DNA of 64,000 nt from Candidatus Iainarchaeum sp. (lineage in GTDB: Archaea > B1Sed10-29 > WALL01). Shown here piece after piece: positions 20,836 through 28,388 of this stretch (its first letter is position 1; every line of letters begins with the position of its first letter). The notes under the pieces are model-generated. The model was not told where the DNA came from. It searched no databases and saw only the letters and a list, made by a program, of their open reading frames with translations. The DNA lies in the NCBI GenBank assembly GCA_023129115.1, contig JAGMCR010000002.1, positions 1-64,000 on the forward strand, read 5' to 3'. Position numbers and translations under genes: made by a program.

Positions 20836-22287
20836 ATGATTGCTTTCCGTGAACTGCTGAAACGGCATGTTAGCCCCATCCTTGTGGTCGCGTTCGTTTG
20901 CGGCCTCTTGCTGATGGCCGGCCCGGCCAAAGCCATAACCATCAACATAAGCGGCTTAAGCGCCAGTTACTCGTCCGGCGGCACCAAGACAATCACGGTC
21001 ACTGTCACGTTCAACGAGGGCGACTTCGTGCCCTGGGACAAAAAAGTTTATTGGCAAGTAAAAAACAGCAACAACGTTGTAGTCAAAAGCGGCAGCAAAT
21101 CGGCGTACGCCAGCAGTGGCACTGTAATGTTTGGCTATGGCACAGGCACCTACAACGACACCGACACTTCGCAGACGTTCACGCCCGCCAGCGGCGCGGG
21201 ATGGGGCTACGGCAATGCCACAGAGGGCGTGATAAAGACGTTCTCGGTCCCAATAACCGTCCCCAACACCGCCGGCTCTTACACGCTTGTCATTCGCCTG
21301 AAAAAAGCTGACGGCACGACGTTCAAGACAAAGACACAGGGCTTCAGAGTCAGCGCGCCCAGCGGTGGCGGCTCTTCTGACTCCACACCCGCCGGAGTGG
21401 CTCCTCCGGCTGGCTACGAGGACACGTTCACCCCAACAACCGATACCACAGAAGGCTTCAATGACTTGATTGGCACGGACGAAGACATCCAGAGCGCGCT
21501 CGAGGACGCGGGCATCGACCTTTCTGACGCGAGTGAAGTCCAGGGAATCGCGGAGCTCTCCGCCGAAGTAGCGCGGCACAGCACTTTTTCCATGGAGGTC
21601 AGCCACACTGCCGGCGGCGGCTCCGCGCTCACGGTTACAGTCGAGTACACCGGCGGGGAAGAGCTCGAGGGCCACATAATCGTCATCGACATACCCAAGG
21701 CGTTTGCCTCGTCAGCGTCCAGCATTTCCGTGGACGCTGGTGGCGCGACAGTTGTCGTGACACAGTCCGACCCAGTCTTCACCATAATCTTCGACAAGAC
21801 GCTCCCACAGTCCGAGAAAATAATCCGGTTCGTCACCGACAACTACGTGAACAGGCAGACTGTCAAGAACGCGCTGGTCGCGCCCACGGCGTTCGCGAAG
21901 GGCTATGCTGAAGCGCCCGCGCTGCTGCTCCCGACTCCGACTCCCACAGCAACTCCTGCGCCGGCTCCGACTCCTACCCCGACCCCCGCCCCGACCCCGG
22001 TTGCGACTCTGGTGCCGGAAGCCGCGGGCTTTGACATGGGGATTGTTTGGGTGGCTGTTGCTGTCCTGCTCGTGGTGATAATGGCCGCCGTCCTGGCGAA
22101 GCAGCCGTGGAAGAGAAAGCCGCATTGGAAGGAAGTGCTTGACAGGCCCACGCCCGCCACGCCGACTCCTCCGGCAACGCCTGTTCAGCCGAGTGGTGGC
22201 ACGCCTGTTCAGCCGAGTGGTGGCACGCCTGTTCAGCCGAGTGGTGGCAACACGCAGGGGTATGCCCCCAACCAGGACACGCCCTAA
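20836..22287 (+). CDS. Secreted, membrane-anchored surface protein with an Ig-like domain, Pro/Thr linker and repetitive cytoplasmic tail
   Basis: GAGGTG RBS, signal peptide, beta-rich domains, PTPT linker, TM helix plus basic stretch, then (TPVQPSGG)x3. Confidence 0.8.
   Translation: MIAFRELLKRHVSPILVVAFVCGLLLMAGPAKAITINISGLSASYSSGGTKTITVTVTFNEGDFVPWDKKVYWQVKNSNNVVVKSGSKSAYASSGTVMFGYGTGTYNDTDTSQTFTPASGAGWGYGNATEGVIKTFSVPITVPNTAGSYTLVIRLKKADGTTFKTKTQGFRVSAPSGGGSSDSTPAGVAPPAGYEDTFTPTTDTTEGFNDLIGTDEDIQSALEDAGIDLSDASEVQGIAELSAEVARHSTFSMEVSHTAGGGSALTVTVEYTGGEELEGHIIVIDIPKAFASSASSISVDAGGATVVVTQSDPVFTIIFDKTLPQSEKIIRFVTDNYVNRQTVKNALVAPTAFAKGYAEAPALLLPTPTPTATPAPAPTPTPTPAPTPVATLVPEAAGFDMGIVWVAVAVLLVVIMAAVLAKQPWKRKPHWKEVLDRPTPATPTPPATPVQPSGGTPVQPSGGTPVQPSGGNTQGYAPNQDTP
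22177..22248 (+). repeat. Three perfect copies of a 24-bp coding tandem repeat
   Basis: ACGCCTGTTCAGCCGAGTGGTGGC x3. Confidence 0.95.
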
Positions 22288-22291
22288 CCTT

Positions 22292-22423
22292 TTACCCTTG
22301 GCCGTACGCGTAGGTATAGACAGACCTTTTCTTCTTGATTAGCTGCCAGGCTATGACCGCAATCAGAACAAGCACCAGCACTCCAACGAACGCCAGTATC
22401 ATGGCCATGCCCTCGCCTTCCAT
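22292..22423 (-). CDS. 43-aa single-TM microprotein (absent from the ORF track)
   Basis: MEGEGMAMILAFVGVLVLVLIAVIAWQLIKKKRSVYTYAYGQG; TTTAAA about 25 bp upstream. Confidence 0.55.
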   Translation of the reverse strand: MEGEGMAMILAFVGVLVLVLIAVIAWQLIKKKRSVYTYAYGQG

Positions 22424-22475
22424 GCCTTGAATTACCGCGCATCCATTTAAATACCTAACACGTCTTTGTTAAGCG

Positions 22476-23210
22476 ATGCTGGAATACCTGGTCTTTGGCG
22501 TGCTCCAGGGCATTTTCGAGTGGCTGCCCGTGAGCAGCGAAGGAATAATCACGCTCGCCGCGGCCTACATCGGCGCCGCGGACCCGCTCCAGCTCGCGCT
22601 TTGCCTACACCTGGGCACAGTCCTCGCCGTGCTCGTGTACTTCCGCAAGGAAATAGCGGGCCTGCCGCGCGACAAAAAGCTGTTGCGCTTCCTCGGCATA
22701 GCCACGGCGTGCTCCCTCCCGCTCGGCCTCGCCCTGTACCTGCTTATCAAGCAAATCCCGTTCGGCTCGCCCGTGCTCTACCTCGTGGTGGGCCTTGGGC
22801 TTATCGCCACGGGCTTCTTCGTGCGCAAGAAAAAAGGCGGCCTCAAGACAGTGGAGAAGGCAACGGACCTCGACGCCGTCTTCGCGGGCCTGCTCCAGGG
22901 CCTGGCAGTGGTCCCAGGCGTCTCGCGCTCGGGCATAACCCTGTTCGCCCTCTTGTCCCGCGAGTACTCCCCCCGCGCAGCGCTCGTGCTGAGCTTCCTG
23001 ATGAGCGTGCCCGTGGTGCTGGCGGCGAACGCCTTCATCCTCCTCGAGGGCTTCGTGCTCGTGCCGGAGCACTTGCTGGCGCTTGTGCCCGCGTTTGTGT
23101 TCGGCATCTTGTCGATTGAAGTGCTGTTGAAACTCGCCGAGAAAGTCGATTTTTCGTGGTTTGCGTGGGGGTTTGGGATAATCTCTATCCTTGCTTTCTT
23201 AGCTGCTTAG
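22476..23210 (+). CDS. uppP: Undecaprenyl-diphosphatase (BacA/UppP family)
   Basis: QGIFEWLPVSSEG, HLGT and PGVSRSG motifs. Confidence 0.92.
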   Translation: MLEYLVFGVLQGIFEWLPVSSEGIITLAAAYIGAADPLQLALCLHLGTVLAVLVYFRKEIAGLPRDKKLLRFLGIATACSLPLGLALYLLIKQIPFGSPVLYLVVGLGLIATGFFVRKKKGGLKTVEKATDLDAVFAGLLQGLAVVPGVSRSGITLFALLSREYSPRAALVLSFLMSVPVVLAANAFILLEGFVLVPEHLLALVPAFVFGILSIEVLLKLAEKVDFSWFAWGFGIISILAFLAA

Positions 23211-23978
23211 CAGGTGCGAGTAGCACGCCAGCGCGCTCTCAATAAAAGCCTCGATGCCGTTTTCCGTGAGGCTGGCTTGCAGGAGAGCGGCTTCCATGCT
23301 GTCCAGGCAGGCGCTGAGCTCGCGGGGGATGTCGGCGAAGTGCATTTCTATGCTGGACTTGATTATTTGGCCCCTTTCGCCTTCCTGGGCCCGGTAGAAC
23401 GGCACGTAGGCAGGGAACAGGGCGGCGAGGGCGATGAAGAAGTCGTCGACCCTATCCTGCGTGAGCTCGCTGAAGGGCAGCACGTTGTCCTTGACGCGGG
23501 AGTGGATGACTATCAAGTAATGCTTGAAGAGCTCGCCGGAAAACCCTTCTTTTATCAGGGCGTCGTTCACGAAAATGTCCTTGGTTATCATGCCGAGGGC
23601 CTTCATGAACTCGAACCGGTCCCTGCCGAGGCCGCGCTCCCTGAAGCTCTTCGTGAAAATCCGTATAACCTCTTTTTCAGTGCCGTCCAGCTTCTGGGCC
23701 ATGTGCATGATTTCGTGGGCCAGCAGGCCCTTCAGCGCCCGCTTTTCAATCAATGCCTTCTGCAGGTTCATGGAGTTGTAGTCCAGCACGATTTTCCAGT
23801 CGCTGTAGTCAATGTGCGTGCCCGCGGGCTGGGGCCTCGCGCTTATCTTGAGCACAATCTTTTCGGGGAGCGCGTGGTTTTCCGCAATCCTGTCCGCGGC
23901 CTCCTGCGCCGCCTTTTCAATGACGTAGATGTGGTCCTTGCTTATCACGCGGTCGAACTCGCTCTCGACAACCGGCAT
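23199..23978 (-). CDS. Hypothetical zincin-like metalloprotein
   Basis: GLLAHEIMH (HExxH) with downstream KDIFVND. Confidence 0.6.
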   Translation of the reverse strand: MPVVESEFDRVISKDHIYVIEKAAQEAADRIAENHALPEKIVLKISARPQPAGTHIDYSDWKIVLDYNSMNLQKALIEKRALKGLLAHEIMHMAQKLDGTEKEVIRIFTKSFRERGLGRDRFEFMKALGMITKDIFVNDALIKEGFSGELFKHYLIVIHSRVKDNVLPFSELTQDRVDDFFIALAALFPAYVPFYRAQEGERGQIIKSSIEMHFADIPRELSACLDSMEAALLQASLTENGIEAFIESALACYSHLLSS

Positions 23979-24032
23979 CGAATGGATTACTCACCCAATG
24001 GTTTAAAGGCTTACGTTTTTCCCATAGCTCTC

Positions 24033-24123
24033 GCGTGTACGGGGGATGCCGCCAACCGAAAGGACTAGGGGGGCGCCAATTGGCGCCCCCCCATAGGCCG
24101 GTTTAGCCCCTCTGGAGGCACGC
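24033..24123. other. GC-rich long hairpin between divergent promoters
   Basis: Perfect 24-bp palindrome GGGGGGCGCCAATTGGCGCCCCCC (24068-24091), extended by AACCG/CGGTT, GGGG/CCCC and GCGTG/CACGC pairings. Confidence 0.7.
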
Positions 24124-24152
24124 TTTTATACCGGCACTGCGTTTTTTTGCCC

Positions 24153-24506
24153 ATGCGCGGCATTTCCCCCGCAATTGCGTTCGTCTTAATCCTCGCGATA
24201 GCGCTGCTGTCGACGCTCGCGATTTACTACTGGGTGGTTGGCCAGGCCACGTCGCCCGCGATGACCGAGTCCAGCACCGACATCCAGGTGCACAACTACA
24301 ACTCGACGCTCCTAAAGATAACGAACATTGGGGTGGTGAACACAACGAGCCTGTCCGCCATGAGCACGTCCGCGGGGGACTGCACATTCTCCGGGCCGAC
24401 AGTGTTGATGCCGGGAGTTACTTACCCGTGCTCCCTGGCCGCGCCCGCGTCTGGAGAAATTCGGGTGTGGGCCATTGGCGTGAACAGCGCGACCATCTAC
24501 TTGTAG
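24153..24506 (+). CDS. Archaeal type IV pilin-like protein
   Basis: Class III signal peptide MRG/ISPAIAFVLILAI and a KITNIG motif. Confidence 0.82.
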   Translation: MRGISPAIAFVLILAIALLSTLAIYYWVVGQATSPAMTESSTDIQVHNYNSTLLKITNIGVVNTTSLSAMSTSAGDCTFSGPTVLMPGVTYPCSLAAPASGEIRVWAIGVNSATIYL

Positions 24507-24694
24507 GCCTCGTAGACCAGGGCGACGCCGATTACCGCTGGAATCCCGTACCAGACAAGCGCGCCACTGCCGAGCCACAAGTACACCGCACCAGCAGCGA
24601 CCAAGGCAACAGCCCCCACAAACAAGAGGTCCTGGTCCAGTGCCTTCTTCCGCGAAGCAGGCTTCTTTTTCTTCTTGGCCTTTTTCTTTGCCAT
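24497..24694 (-). CDS. Small membrane protein with a Lys-rich N-terminus
   Basis: MAKKKAKKKKK followed by two TM helices. Confidence 0.6.
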   Translation of the reverse strand: MAKKKAKKKKKPASRKKALDQDLLFVGAVALVAAGAVYLWLGSGALVWYGIPAVIGVALVYEAYK

Positions 24695-24912
24695 GCTGTT
24701 GAAAACACGCCAGTGGTATAAAAATAGGGGGGTGCGCCGTGGGGGCTCGGGAGCTCTAGTTTAGGACTCCGGAATGCACGAAAGGCAGAGCAGCCCAATT
24801 AAGCATATGCCGCAGTGAACACAGCCATTCTCCAACAGAAACAATAAAATAACTTTCTAGTGTAGTAGAAGATAAGAGTATATACCTCCTATTATAATAG
24901 AAAGTTATATAA

Positions 24913-26268
24913 ATGATAAGACATAAAAATAAGACTATGCGATTAGGCATAGGCCCTCTGCATGCTCGATTGGGTGAAGAAGATATTGCAAGGGCTTTGA
25001 AAAAATGGAATCAATGGTGGGTTATTCAAAAAGTTCCAAAAAATAAGTTGGGGATTAACCGCAACACCTACATCAAGGCCCTGAATGAGATGGTGTCGGC
25101 AGAAGAAATCGTGTGTTTGACAGGGGTAAGAAGAAGCGGAAAATCAACTCTGTTGCATCAAACCATCCAATCATTAATTGATGCCGGCACTAGCCCAAAC
25201 AACATTTTGTATGTCAATCTTGATGATCCTGTATTCCCACGCTCTATTGAAGGACTTGGGGATATTTTAGGGAAATATGGAGAACTAAAAAATCCTACTG
25301 GCAAAATCTATGTATTTTTTGATGAGGTGCAATCCATTCCTAACTGGGAAAGTTGGTTAAAATCAAAATATGATCAAAAAGAGAACATCAAATTTTTTGT
25401 GACAGGATCCAATTCTTCTCTACTGTCCAGCAACCTGTCTACTCTCCTCACCGGCAGAATGCTGAAACTCACAGTAATGCCTTTATCATTTAATGAGTTC
25501 TTGAAATTCAACAAAGTTGAGTTCAAGGACCTTGATCTGGACCAATCAAGACTAAAGTACCATCTTAGTAGTTACTTGGGAGAAGGGGGTTTTCCTCGCC
25601 CCGTGCTTGAGAAAGACAAAAATATGAAACAACAGCTTTTGAGAGAATATTATGATGGGATTCTCTTAAGGGATGTCCTAAAGGGAGCCAAAATCAAGTC
25701 GCCATCGAAGTTAATCGATTTAGCCCAGTTCGCTGCAGCCAACATAGGCAATCTACTCAGCTATAATAAAATTGGGGGCGCATTAGGTATATCTGATGAC
25801 TCAGTTAAGGAATATCTCCGTCTTTTAGAGAATTCATTCTTGTTGTCACAGGTAGAATTTTTCTCTTATTCTGTGAAAGAAACTGTGTCCATACAAAAGC
25901 CCAGGAAGAACTATCTTATTGATACAGGGATGAGGAACGCAGCGGGCTTTAGATTTAGCCCCGATAAAGGAAGATTAATGGAAAACCTGGTGTTCTTGGA
26001 ATTAAAGAGGAGAGGGCATGATGTCCATTATTGGAAGGGGCAAAATGAGGTTGACTTTGTGTTCAGGGCCGGCAACAAACTCCAGCTGGTTAATGTATGC
26101 TACAATCTTGGGAAATCAAAGAAAAGAGAATTAAATGGATTAATCGAAGCAATGAAAAAATTCAGGATCAATAACTCGATGATTATAACGTGGAGTACAG
26201 AGGGACAAGAAAAAATAGGCAAGAAAATCATCAATTTCGTTCCCCTGTACAAATGGTTGTTGGAGTAA
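24913..26268 (+). CDS. AAA_14/DUF4143 family ATPase
   Basis: GVRRSGKS, FFDEVQ, VTGSNS, LTGR, GGFP, K.YLIDTG, ENLVF and EVDFV motifs. Confidence 0.92.
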   Translation: MIRHKNKTMRLGIGPLHARLGEEDIARALKKWNQWWVIQKVPKNKLGINRNTYIKALNEMVSAEEIVCLTGVRRSGKSTLLHQTIQSLIDAGTSPNNILYVNLDDPVFPRSIEGLGDILGKYGELKNPTGKIYVFFDEVQSIPNWESWLKSKYDQKENIKFFVTGSNSSLLSSNLSTLLTGRMLKLTVMPLSFNEFLKFNKVEFKDLDLDQSRLKYHLSSYLGEGGFPRPVLEKDKNMKQQLLREYYDGILLRDVLKGAKIKSPSKLIDLAQFAAANIGNLLSYNKIGGALGISDDSVKEYLRLLENSFLLSQVEFFSYSVKETVSIQKPRKNYLIDTGMRNAAGFRFSPDKGRLMENLVFLELKRRGHDVHYWKGQNEVDFVFRAGNKLQLVNVCYNLGKSKKRELNGLIEAMKKFRINNSMIITWSTEGQEKIGKKIINFVPLYKWLLE

Positions 26269-26361
26269 ACCACAAAGGGAGGGACAAGCCCCCCCAATGC
26301 GCTTGTGGGTGCTATAACCATCTAGTTCAGGGCGCCGGAAGGGTTTTAAGGCCTTGTTGGG

Positions 26362-26628
26362 TCATCGGAAGAGCTTTTTGTATATGTTTTTCCTGTGGTC
26401 CACTAGAAGTACTTTGACCACTTTTTTCTTGAATACTACCTCGATTATCGCGCGGTATTCTCCGCCGCGTATTTTCCTAAGGCTGCACCCCCCAAGCGGG
26501 AAAGAATCATGGATTGGGTCATCGGTTAGTTTGCTGGCTTTTAGAACCAACTGTCTTGCCACCTTTTTTGGCAGCCCCCGGAGCTCTTTCCTTGCTTTCT
26601 TGTGCCACTTTACCTTGAAAGGCATCAC
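26362..26628 (-). CDS. RelE/ParE family toxin
   Basis: KARKELRGL...KIRGGEYRAI...VDHRKNIY. Confidence 0.88.
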   Translation of the reverse strand: MMPFKVKWHKKARKELRGLPKKVARQLVLKASKLTDDPIHDSFPLGGCSLRKIRGGEYRAIIEVVFKKKVVKVLLVDHRKNIYKKLFR

Positions 26629-26846
26629 AAACCAAACTCTTTTTCAATCTCTCCCTGCGAGACAAAGTCTTTGCTGCTGCTTCTCCTGACCGCCTCTGCA
26701 AGTATTTCTTCCTTGAGCTCGGGAGCGAACATCTTCCTCAACGCGTCACGCACGACCTCCGACTTATTGGGGTAAACCCCTTTGGACACAGAAGCGTCTA
26801 ACAGGCGGAACAATTCCTTACTCAATCGCACTTGCACCGTTTCCAT
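26625..26846 (-). CDS. Ribbon-helix-helix antitoxin
   Basis: METVQVRL...GVYPNKSEVVRDALR; 4-bp overlap with the toxin gene. Confidence 0.88.
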   Translation of the reverse strand: METVQVRLSKELFRLLDASVSKGVYPNKSEVVRDALRKMFAPELKEEILAEAVRRSSSKDFVSQGEIEKEFGL

Positions 26847-26856
26847 ACAACAACAC

Positions 26857-26880
26857 CTTGTAGTACATGTGTACTACAAG
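26857..26880. promoter_or_regulatory. Palindromic operator between the TATA box and the antitoxin start
   Basis: CTTGTAGTACA-TG-TGTACTACAAG (perfect 11-bp arms), adjacent to TTTATA on the minus strand. Confidence 0.75.
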
Positions 26881-26930
26881 CTATAAATAGGTTTCGGTTC
26901 AGGCCCAGTTAGTTCAGGACGCTCCCCCGG

Positions 26931-27183
26931 TTCTTTGCCGACTGGGCTTTTCTTTCGGGAAAGAAAAGCCTAGTGCGCTCGTGGAAAACAGCTGAAACTC
27001 AGCTGGCACGTTAGGTTTGGGGGCACAAGGCCCCCAGAGACAAGTTGTATTGTTCAAATAGTTTCTTTTGCCGACTGGGATTTTCTTTTCTAAAGAAAAG
27101 CCTAGTGCGCTTGTGGGGAACAGCCCAGACCTGGGCTGGCGAGGTAGGCTTGGAGGGTGCCGGTTGGCACCCCCCCAGAGGCA
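26931..27183 (+). repeat. Two tandem copies of a three-hairpin structured element (family A)
   Basis: Copies at about 26931-27042 and 27063-27183 share TTTGCCGACTGGG...AAAGAAAAGCCTAGTGCGCT, with compensatory changes in hairpins 2 and 3. Confidence 0.85.
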
Positions 27184-27214
27184 TTCAAACGTGGCCATAA
27201 CAGAAAAAGGGGGG

Positions 27215-27287
27215 TGCGCCGTGGGGGATTTGAACCCCCGTTATTGGCTTGGGAAGCCAAGGTCCTGCCAGGCTAGACTAACGGCGC
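27215..27287 (-). tRNA. tRNA-Gly(CCC)
   Basis: GCGCCGT acceptor stem, TTGGC-TT CCC AA-GCCAA anticodon arm and GGGGG TTCAAAT CCCCC T-arm. Confidence 0.97.
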
Positions 27288-27315
27288 ACTGCGAGCGAAG
27301 CGAGCTTTTTACCCA

Positions 27316-27407
27316 CTTTTACTGGGGGGCCGCTTCCCAGGGTATGACGTACATCCCGCCGGATGTTCGTCTGGGCGGGGGGCTGTGCCCCCCGGGACGC
27401 TGCTGGG
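27316..27407 (+). repeat. Structured element, family B (REP/MITE-like), upstream of tRNA-Gly
   Basis: TTTTACTGGGGGG..GCTTCCCA ... GCGGGGGGCTGTGCCCCCC.GGACGCTGCT matches the reverse complement of 40233-40369. Confidence 0.75.
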
Positions 27408-27505
27408 CTAACGGCGCGTGGGGGTTATTGGGAGCGAAGTGGTTTAAAATTGTTTTGAGGGGGCAAAGCGAAAACTCTTTAAACCCTTATTGCGTTTAGT
27501 TTTGC

Positions 27506-28030
27506 GTGGGAATATCAAGCCTGATTTATGACTCGTGGAAAATGGAGTGCCAGTTCCGCAAATACGACGGGATGCTGCCAATGCTCGAGGTAGTCAACCT
27601 CAAGGGCAAAGTCCTCGACGTCGGCATCGGCTCCGCGCTCTTCGAGGAATACCTCCGCGGAAAAGGCATAATCCTCGACGTCGTGGGAATCGACGAGGAC
27701 CCAATCATGCTCAAGACCGCGGCAAAAAAAGGGTACAATGCCGTGGCCGGCAGCGCCGAGCGGCTGCCCTTCGAAGACAACGAGTTCGACTTCGTGGTCT
27801 GCCTCGACACACTCCACGCCACCGAGGCCCGCAGGGCAATCAATGAAATGAAGCGCGTGCTGAAGCCGAGGGGCCACATCCTCCTCTCCAAGTTCTGCAA
27901 CGTCTTCAACAAGGCCCAGGCAATGGAAGAGCTCGAAGAGCTTGCGTACGGCATGCAGCTAATCAGCAAAAAAGTCGTTGGCCGCTCCGACGACGAGCTC
28001 AGTGCCGCCCTCCTCTGCAGAAAGGAATGA
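27506..28030 (+). CDS. Class I SAM methyltransferase
   Basis: VLDVGIGS and AERLPFEDNEFDFV motifs. Confidence 0.88.
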   Translation: MGISSLIYDSWKMECQFRKYDGMLPMLEVVNLKGKVLDVGIGSALFEEYLRGKGIILDVVGIDEDPIMLKTAAKKGYNAVAGSAERLPFEDNEFDFVVCLDTLHATEARRAINEMKRVLKPRGHILLSKFCNVFNKAQAMEELEELAYGMQLISKKVVGRSDDELSAALLCRKE

Positions 28031-28034
28031 AAAA

Positions 28035-28343
28035 ATGCAAGTCGACATCGTGCTCATCGAGGCCTTCGGGACCGCATTCTTCTTCCTGCTCTTCATTGTC
28101 TCTGCGTACTTCTACGGCTCGAACCCAAAGAACAAAATCCCAATCTACCTCTCCATAGCAATGATGTTCCTCGCGTTCCGCGAGGCAATGTACTTCCTCT
28201 CGGACAGCGGCGTCCTCGACGCCGGCTTCAGGGCCTACGGCGGGATAGTCTCGTTCTTCGCAGGAGTCCTCTTCCTCTACGTATTCATCGCCGAAGAAAA
28301 AGCAATGAAGGACATCCGCAGAATCAGGAACGCGTTCAAATAA
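28035..28343 (+). CDS. Small three-TM membrane protein
   Basis: Hydrophobicity and host-like codon usage. Confidence 0.7.
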   Translation: MQVDIVLIEAFGTAFFFLLFIVSAYFYGSNPKNKIPIYLSIAMMFLAFREAMYFLSDSGVLDAGFRAYGGIVSFFAGVLFLYVFIAEEKAMKDIRRIRNAFK

Positions 28344-28388
28344 CTACTTTGGCAAAGGCTCTTCCCCTACCTCACTCCGGTGCCTGCC

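Larger units (their letters stand above)
24726..27227. mobile_element. About 2.5 kb islet integrated at the tRNA-Gly 3' end
   Basis: 20-bp direct repeat AGGGGGGTGCGCCGTGGGGG at 24726-24745 and 27208-27227 (tRNA 3' end plus trailer); AT-rich cargo; no integrase. Confidence 0.8.

Noticed and set aside
24033-24123. tRNA-Sec, SRP RNA or H/ACA RNA
   Set aside because: No T-loop or anticodon arm, no SRP domain IV motif and no convincing K-turn.
26931-27183. Possible CRISPR mini-array
   Set aside because: There are only two long, internally homologous units, no unique spacers and no cas genes.
26931-27211. Known self-cleaving ribozyme (hammerhead or HDV/theta) downstream of the tRNA
   Set aside because: I could not find the hammerhead CUGANGA/GAAA core or an HDV-type nested pseudoknot starting at the tRNA 3' end, so it is left unclassified.
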